64,000 nucleotides of DNA from Candidatus Latescibacterota bacterium. GTDB taxonomy: Bacteria; Latescibacterota; UBA2968. Each line of letters opens with the position of its first letter. The first letter of the stretch is position 1. The position numbers were made by a program, and so were the translations under genes. The stretch covers positions 3,200,001 through 3,264,000 of the forward strand of contig OZ242311.1 in NCBI GenBank assembly GCA_965207885.1. The letters run 5' to 3'. The notes beneath the pieces were generated by a model. The model saw nothing but the letters and a program-made list of their open reading frames with translations, was not told where the DNA came from and searched no databases. Positions 57,552 to 64,000 of the stretch are shown here, one piece after another.

Positions 57552-59816
57552 CTAATCGTCCCGTGAGGATTCTGGTCCTGTATTCGTAGAGTCGGGCGCA
57601 ATCGCACCTGTTTGCAACTGCTTATACCATAGAGCCCTCAGCGATTGATGCTCGGCTTCTTCGGGATCATAAGGAACTGTTGTAAGATCCGTCAGTACAG
57701 ATTGCAAATCGCCAGTTGTAAAAACCGTCTTCTTAAATGTATTGCGATGTTGCAAATCGGCCTGATCGTCATAATGGGGAGACTCGGGATCTTCGCTATT
57801 GCCATAAGCGAGTGCGCTCCACGACTGCACTGGCTGCACCAGCGAAACCACCATCCCAAAAGCCGATCCTCCTTCGATAAGCATCGTCCCATCTGCTTCT
57901 ATTCGGGTCAGTGTCTGATGTAATGCCTCTGTGCCAAAAGGTGCACCGCTCATCGGAAAAATGCGATCTCCCCGCTTCAAGTAATGCACCTGCCCCCAGG
58001 GCACATCCAATCGTCCATAAGTCGCGGTCATATATGCGACCGCCTGCTGTAATGCCTCCAATGCGACCTTTTCCCGAACAAAAATATCTCGCTTTTGTGG
58101 AACCTGTGCGAACGACGAATCGAATCGGGCCTTCCAGATCGAAAACAAAAGCGTGCCAACGCTCTCTAAACTCGCCCGATTATCCCATGCTCTGAGAATT
58201 TGAACAGCCCTGCCAACCTCCCAGTTGGGATCGAATAGCACGGGCCAGACGCGGTTATAAGCGCGGTAAATCAGCCCTTTATATTCTTCTGCGTCAACGA
58301 GATAATCGTCCCGAAGCAAAGCCTGCATATCGCCAACCGCAATATTCTGATGCGTGAGCAACCAGTTCACAATCCGCTGTGCGCGATAATTGGGTGTCCC
58401 CCACCCCAAAAACGATGGGAAATCGTCCCTTTTAAGACCGCTATCAATCGCAACCACATCTGGCGAGACATTGCAATTCTGCAAAGAGCCAGAAGGGGGA
58501 TTATGCACCTGCGGCAATTGAGAAAATGCGATCATACCTCTCCACTCTGTCTCAGGCATCCAGCCCGGCACAGGCGCGCGCCAATCGAAATCTTCTGATC
58601 GCACGGGACAGCGACCATTAAACACGTAAAAAATCTCGCCCATCACATCGCCGTATATCACATTAAAAACCGGTAGCTCCAAATGCGAAAGCGCCTGCTG
58701 AAACGCGCCCAGTGACACCGCGCGATTCATCGCCAATAACTGACCCATTGCATCCACGCGATCAGCCACACTCGTACGCGCAGCATAAGCCCAGTTGCCA
58801 ATCGTCTTATAGACTGGACCGTGATCGGTATAGAGAAATTCGCGTTCAACTTCCCGCATCCCCTCCTCGCTATGAATTTTCACGCGCCGCGACACCACGC
58901 GCCTTTTCTCATCTCCATAAAAATAGCGTCTGGGATTGATGGGATCCAGACGCTCTTCGTACAAATCAAAAACATCAATATCATTGGTGGTAATTGACCA
59001 GGCAATGTGACCATTGTGACCGACAAAAATAACCGGCAGACCAAAAAATGTCGCCCCCATCACATCCAAACCCGCATTGCTAACCAGATGCGCCTCGCAA
59101 AGCTGAAAAGGCGTTGTGTATGGCAACTGCACATCCATAGCCAGTACGGGTGCGCCGCTGTCAGACCGGGACGGTCCTGCAACCCATAGATTGGATCCTG
59201 GCAATTTGGGAACCGCAGTCGTCAATCCCACCTGAGCCAATTCGGATTCACCAGTCTGCTCGGCAAACAAAAACAAAATCCACCGCGCAAGAGCCACTAC
59301 ATCTACCGCCCGCACGTCCTGCACCCACTGTGGCAATACCTGTCGATGAATTTCTATATAGTGGTTGATGCCCCCAACAAAAGCCGCGATATATTGCCGC
59401 GTCTCCTCAGAAATATCCCCATATCGTTCACCCGCAACACTGTGAATGCGCCATCGCAAAGCCATTTCATCTAATTTTAAGGCTGAAGCACCCTCGACCT
59501 CGGCCAAACGCCCTCTGGCCTGGCGAAAATTCTTCAACATCTGCAGGAGATGATCTTCTGCCTGTGCATAACCAAAACCAAACGCGACATCCTCATCTGT
59601 GCGTCCATAAATGTGGGGTATGCCATAAGCATCGCGCAAAATACGCGCCTTACCCTCTATAGGAGAAAACAGGGAATCGCCCAGTTTTGCGACCAGTGTA
59701 TCAACCGGGACTTCAGCCAGCAAAACTGCGAGACTATCCCGATTAATCGCACCCTCTTGCGCCCCACTTTGACCTGCAAGAGCAATAGTAAATACGACGA
59801 GAATAAACCACCGCAT
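57552..59816 (-). CDS. Penicillin acylase family Ntn-hydrolase
   Basis: RDAYGIPHIYG, GFGYAQAED, GSN cleavage site, SPHYDDQ, signal peptide. Confidence 0.92.
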   Translation of the reverse strand: MRWFILVVFTIALAGQSGAQEGAINRDSLAVLLAEVPVDTLVAKLGDSLFSPIEGKARILRDAYGIPHIYGRTDEDVAFGFGYAQAEDHLLQMLKNFRQARGRLAEVEGASALKLDEMALRWRIHSVAGERYGDISEETRQYIAAFVGGINHYIEIHRQVLPQWVQDVRAVDVVALARWILFLFAEQTGESELAQVGLTTAVPKLPGSNLWVAGPSRSDSGAPVLAMDVQLPYTTPFQLCEAHLVSNAGLDVMGATFFGLPVIFVGHNGHIAWSITTNDIDVFDLYEERLDPINPRRYFYGDEKRRVVSRRVKIHSEEGMREVEREFLYTDHGPVYKTIGNWAYAARTSVADRVDAMGQLLAMNRAVSLGAFQQALSHLELPVFNVIYGDVMGEIFYVFNGRCPVRSEDFDWRAPVPGWMPETEWRGMIAFSQLPQVHNPPSGSLQNCNVSPDVVAIDSGLKRDDFPSFLGWGTPNYRAQRIVNWLLTHQNIAVGDMQALLRDDYLVDAEEYKGLIYRAYNRVWPVLFDPNWEVGRAVQILRAWDNRASLESVGTLLFSIWKARFDSSFAQVPQKRDIFVREKVALEALQQAVAYMTATYGRLDVPWGQVHYLKRGDRIFPMSGAPFGTEALHQTLTRIEADGTMLIEGGSAFGMVVSLVQPVQSWSALAYGNSEDPESPHYDDQADLQHRNTFKKTVFTTGDLQSVLTDLTTVPYDPEEAEHQSLRALWYKQLQTGAIAPDSTNTGPESSRDD

Positions 59817-59819
59817 CCC

Positions 59820-60860
59820 CTACTCCCTGAACAAATGATCTTCAATGGGCAATGCCATGGCAATGCCATTGATCGCAGAAATAAGCCCCGCCTCCATAAT
59901 TTCCTGTGCATTGCGCGACAAATCCGCGCAAGTCACAAAACCGGGCGATGCGCCAGATTGAATACAATGAATAAAATGTTCGGAGGCATTATTTTCCCCT
60001 TCGGGCAATGCATCTGGCGCAATTGTTTTGCCGTCTTTACAATCACGGGTGTACAAAACAACATCGCTTCCCGCAATAATCGTCCCTTCCGTCCCGTGCA
60101 ACATCAAATCGTGCGGCGGCTTGTGCGGCACAGCTTCTGTCCACGTCATCTCCAGCCGGCACATCGCATTTGGATAGCGCAAAATCATCATCCCATTGTC
60201 ATCCACGGGCAAATGTGTTTTCAATAGCCGCCCCGCCATTCCCACCACGCGATTTGGTCGCCCCAAAAACAACACGCACAAACTCGCGCCATATCCCCCG
60301 TAATCGTTAAAAGCACCGGCGCCATTGAGATGGCTATCAAATAGAAAGTCGCAAAAATGTTCGGAACACCCCAACTCATCCGGTCCACAATGCCCACCGC
60401 GCCACAGCAGTTGCCACACCTGTCCGATCGCGCCTTCTTGCACCAGGCGATAAGCTGTGCGGATGCCGCGATTCCACGCCGTTGGCCAATTGACCATCAA
60501 CACCGTCCCCGCCTTTCGCGCAGCCGTCAACATGCGGTCCGCTTGTTCTAAGGTCGCTGCCATTGGTTTTTCAACCATCACATGAATCCCTCGCGGCGCA
60601 CACAATTCCACCACATCGGCGTGATGTGCAGTGGGAGTAAATACAAATACCGCATCAGGCTCCTCATTGTCCAGCAACGCTTCAAAATCATCATATACCA
60701 GTTCACAACCCGTTGCCTCGACGAATTTTTCTCTCAGCTCTGCATTGCCATCTGCACCAGCCACCAGCACGGCATTATCCAGTGCTTTGAGTGCCCGCAA
60801 ATTTGACCACACGTGATCGTGTGCCAGCCCCAATGCGGCCACTTTTACCCTTTCCGCCAT
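59820..60860 (-). CDS. Gfo/Idh/MocA family oxidoreductase
   Basis: GLAHDH, HVMVEKP, GAFNDYGGY. GAGGAGG RBS before ATG 60860. Confidence 0.9.
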   Translation of the reverse strand: MAERVKVAALGLAHDHVWSNLRALKALDNAVLVAGADGNAELREKFVEATGCELVYDDFEALLDNEEPDAVFVFTPTAHHADVVELCAPRGIHVMVEKPMAATLEQADRMLTAARKAGTVLMVNWPTAWNRGIRTAYRLVQEGAIGQVWQLLWRGGHCGPDELGCSEHFCDFLFDSHLNGAGAFNDYGGYGASLCVLFLGRPNRVVGMAGRLLKTHLPVDDNGMMILRYPNAMCRLEMTWTEAVPHKPPHDLMLHGTEGTIIAGSDVVLYTRDCKDGKTIAPDALPEGENNASEHFIHCIQSGASPGFVTCADLSRNAQEIMEAGLISAINGIAMALPIEDHLFRE

Positions 60861-60972
60861 AAATACCTCCTCAAATGTCTGAATCAGGATATTACAGTAT
60901 GAAACAGATTTGGCTCCAAATGATACAGCGGAGACTAACATGAGTAAAGAAGAAAAAGGTGATGCAAAAAAC

Positions 60973-61015
60973 AAAAAGCCCGGATAAGTTCCTGCAGAAG
61001 CCATCCGGGCTTTTT
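60973..61015. terminator. Intrinsic terminator after clpB
   Basis: AAAAAGCCCGGAT/ATCCGGGCTTTTT. Confidence 0.8.
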
Positions 61016-61050
61016 ATCATTTAGCAGCCTACAACGAACGCAACGGGTTC

Positions 61051-63660
61051 TCACTTCTCCTCTCCCAGGTCTTTAATCACCAGGTCACCGTCTGTCACAT
61101 CCACCTCAATCTGCGCGCCGTCCGATATATCGCCACTGATCAACGCGCGCCCAATGCGCGTCTCCAATTCGTGCTGTAAGAACCGTTTGAGGGGGCGTGC
61201 GCCAAACACTGGATCAAACCCTTTTCGGGCGATAAATCCCTTCGCGTCCTCTGAAAGGGTAAGATCAATCTGCCTGTTGGACAATCGGTTACGCAAATCC
61301 ACAATAAGCAAATCCACAATTTTGGTGATTTCCGACAACAACAGTGGCTTAAACAGCACCACATCATCTATACGGTTGAGAAATTCGGGCCTGAACTGCT
61401 GTCTCAATTCTGCCATCACCGCATCGCGGGCAGATTCTCGGATTTCACCATCATCGGTCACACCCTCGAGCAAATACGGCGAACCGATATTTGATGTCAT
61501 AATTACCACTGTATTCTTAAAATCCACGACATGCCCCTGTGCATCTGTCAAGCGGCCGTCGTCGAGCAACTGAAGCAAAATATTGAAAACATCGCTGTGA
61601 CCCTTCTCAATCTCGTCGAACAAAATCACCGAATACGGTTTGCGGCGCACAGCTTCCGTCAATTGCCCGCCTTCGTCGTAACCGATATAACCCGGAGGCG
61701 CGCCGATCAAACGCGACACCGCGTGTTTTTCCATATACTCGCTCATATCGATGCGAATCACACTGTCTTCGCTATCAAAAAGTGCCTCTGATAGGGTGCG
61801 TGCGAGTTCGGTCTTGCCAACGCCGGATGGGCCTAAAAAAATGAACGAACCGATGGGACGCCGCGGATCCTTGATCCCCGCACGCGCGCGAATCACCGCA
61901 TCAGCCACCAGAGAAACCGCCTCATCCTGCCCGACGACGCGCTCGTGCAAAATATCGTCCAATCGCAGCAGCTTCTCGCGCTCTCCCTCGACCAATCGCG
62001 TCACAGGAATACCCGTCCACCGAGATGCTATCTTGGCGATTTCCTCCTCAGTCACCTCTTCGCGCAACAACCGATTATCCATCGGTTGAGAATCTTCGGC
62101 GGTTTTGAGTTGTCGTTCCAAATCGGGCAATGTGCCGTGTTTCAACTCTGCGGCGCGGTTGAGATCGTATTGCCGCTCAGCCTCTTCGATCTCACGCCTT
62201 GTCTGCTCAATTTTCTCTCGCAAAGTTCGCACCCCATCTAGTTCCTGCTTTTCATTCTCCCACTGCACGCGCATCGCATCTGCCTGATCTCTCAAATCGG
62301 CCAACTCTCTCTGAAGTGTCTGCAACCGCTCTCGACTCGACTTGTCCTTTTCCTTTTTCAACGCGGCTTCCTCGATCTCGAACTGCATCACGCGACGGGT
62401 TACAGCATCCAGTTCCGAAGGCATGGAGTCGATCTCTGTTCGCACCATAGCACACGCCTCATCCACCAGATCAATCGCCTTATCGGGCAAAAAACGATCT
62501 GAAATATATCGATCTGACAACACCACGGCATTGACCAGCGCATTATCCTGAATCCCCACCCCGTGGTGAATCTCAAATCGCTCGCGCAAACCCCGCAGAA
62601 TCGAAATAGAGTCCTCAACAGATGGCGCATCAATCATCACGGGTTGGAAGCGTCGCTCAAGAGCAGCGTCTTTTTCGAGATACTGGCGGTGTTCGTCGAG
62701 TGTTGTCGCACCAATACAGTGCAATTCGCCCCGCGCCAGCATTGGTTTGAGCATATTCCCCGCGTCCGTAGATCCCTCCGTCTTACCCGCGCCCACAATC
62801 GTGTGGACCTCGTCGATAAATAACAAAATATGACCATCGCTCTGTTTGATCTCATTCAAAACAGCTTTCAAACGCTCTTCAAATTCGCCCCGATATTTCG
62901 CGCCAGCCATCAACGCGCCCATATCCAGCGAAAAAACCGACCGATCTTTGAGCCACTCGGGCACATCGCCCCGCACAATCCGCTGCGCCAGGCCCTCGAT
63001 AATCGCGGTCTTTCCCACACCGGGGTCGCCGATCAGTACGGGATTGTTTTTTGTCTTGCGCGACAAAATGCGAATCACGCGACGGATTTCTTCATCGCGC
63101 CCAATCACGGGATCTAATTTGCCTGCACGCGCCTCGGCAACCAGATCAATACCGTATTTTTCAAGTGCCTCATAAGCTACCTCTGGGTTGGCACTCGTCA
63201 CACTTTGATTGCCGCGGATCTGCGTCAAAACAGATAGAAAATTATCTCGCGTCACATTAAACTGTTTCAGAATGCGCCCCGCCGGGGTTTTATCGCCTTC
63301 ACTTATCAGCGCCAACAGTAGATGCTCCACTGAGACATATTCATCCTTCAGCCTTTCAGCTTCGCCCTGAGCGGATAGAAACAGTTTCTGAAAACGCTGT
63401 GTCACATAAATTTTGTCCTGTTCAACGCCTGGTCCAGAAATTTTTGGCTGTCGAGCCAATTCTTTTTCAACTTCCGATTTTAGGACATCGCCATCCACTT
63501 GCATGCGCACGAGTATGCGAGGCACTAAGCCATCCTCTTGCGCGACCAAAGCAGCAAGCAGGTGTTTCCCATCCACCTCCTGATGTCCATATCGCAGTGC
63601 TATAGCTTGTGCTTGTTGCACGGCCTCCTGCGATTTCTGTGTCAATTTGTTCATATCCAT
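61051..63660 (-). CDS. clpB: ATP-dependent chaperone ClpB
   Basis: Two AAA+ modules ([16 protein letters not shown]) and a long coiled-coil middle domain. Start at MDMNKL. Confidence 0.97.
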   Translation of the reverse strand: MDMNKLTQKSQEAVQQAQAIALRYGHQEVDGKHLLAALVAQEDGLVPRILVRMQVDGDVLKSEVEKELARQPKISGPGVEQDKIYVTQRFQKLFLSAQGEAERLKDEYVSVEHLLLALISEGDKTPAGRILKQFNVTRDNFLSVLTQIRGNQSVTSANPEVAYEALEKYGIDLVAEARAGKLDPVIGRDEEIRRVIRILSRKTKNNPVLIGDPGVGKTAIIEGLAQRIVRGDVPEWLKDRSVFSLDMGALMAGAKYRGEFEERLKAVLNEIKQSDGHILLFIDEVHTIVGAGKTEGSTDAGNMLKPMLARGELHCIGATTLDEHRQYLEKDAALERRFQPVMIDAPSVEDSISILRGLRERFEIHHGVGIQDNALVNAVVLSDRYISDRFLPDKAIDLVDEACAMVRTEIDSMPSELDAVTRRVMQFEIEEAALKKEKDKSSRERLQTLQRELADLRDQADAMRVQWENEKQELDGVRTLREKIEQTRREIEEAERQYDLNRAAELKHGTLPDLERQLKTAEDSQPMDNRLLREEVTEEEIAKIASRWTGIPVTRLVEGEREKLLRLDDILHERVVGQDEAVSLVADAVIRARAGIKDPRRPIGSFIFLGPSGVGKTELARTLSEALFDSEDSVIRIDMSEYMEKHAVSRLIGAPPGYIGYDEGGQLTEAVRRKPYSVILFDEIEKGHSDVFNILLQLLDDGRLTDAQGHVVDFKNTVVIMTSNIGSPYLLEGVTDDGEIRESARDAVMAELRQQFRPEFLNRIDDVVLFKPLLLSEITKIVDLLIVDLRNRLSNRQIDLTLSEDAKGFIARKGFDPVFGARPLKRFLQHELETRIGRALISGDISDGAQIEVDVTDGDLVIKDLGEEK

Positions 63661-63674
63661 TTTGTTTTTTCCAT

Positions 63675-63708
63675 AAAAAAGGGCCATCCCGCCCTTGCGA
63701 GATGGCCC
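63675..63708 (-). terminator. Terminator-like hairpin between hsp20 and clpB
   Basis: GGGCCATC/GATGGCCC stem followed by T6 on the minus strand. Confidence 0.7.
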
Positions 63709-63730
63709 GGTGATTGACGAGCTTACTCAA

Positions 63731-64000
63731 TTACGATACCGCAACATCGATCTGCCGAGGTTTCGCTGCTTCGGACTTGGGCAACGTCAAAGTCAAAATC
63801 CCGTCCTTGTAATTAGCAGCAATTTTCTCGGCCTGTACTTCTGTGCCGAGCTTGAAGGCGCGCTTAAATTTCCCGTGGGAACGTTCACGGCGGAAGAACT
63901 GCTTATCCTTCTGCTCGTCTTCATGCTTCCGCTCACCTTCAATTGTGAGCACATTATCTTCGAGCGTCACCTTGATATCATCCTTGTTCAGCCCGGGCAA
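63731..64000 (-). CDS. Hsp20/alpha-crystallin small heat-shock protein, C-terminal part
   Basis: PG...LTIEGER, ERSHGKFKRAF, ANYKDGILTLTLPK. Start lies beyond the window. Confidence 0.93.
   Translation of the reverse strand: MPGLNKDDIKVTLEDNVLTIEGERKHEDEQKDKQFFRRERSHGKFKRAFKLGTEVQAEKIAANYKDGILTLTLPKSEAAKPRQIDVAVS

Overview
A 64 kb bacterial chromosomal segment (about 50% GC by eye, no rRNA, CRISPR, transposase or prophage visible). It mixes housekeeping genes (pyk, metH, tRNA-Gly(CCC), miaA, mutL, hpt, family-5 UDG, clpB, hsp20, a TamA/TamB-like pair) with many catabolic accessory genes: two molybdenum-hydroxylase operons, four Gfo/Idh/MocA oxidoreductases, two sulfatases, a PhyH dioxygenase, phnX with a phosphonoacetaldehyde reductase-like gene, transporters and a penicillin acylase. 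This content resembles uncultured FCB-superphylum bacteria such as Latescibacterota/Gemmatimonadota (inference). The most unusual items are: (1) a terminator-bounded five-gene ExbB-like/ExbD-like/atypical TonB-like/TPR/PEGA operon with no receptor or TolB/Pal; (2) an unidentified structured RNA in the mutL leader; (3) a six-repeat secreted propeller gene broken in an A10 tract; (4) a hicBA locus with the toxin deleted; (5) three small ORFs missing from the ORF track; (6) enzymes with non-canonical catalytic motifs; (7) short tandem repeat families at gene ends. All calls come from reading the sequence; no searches were run.
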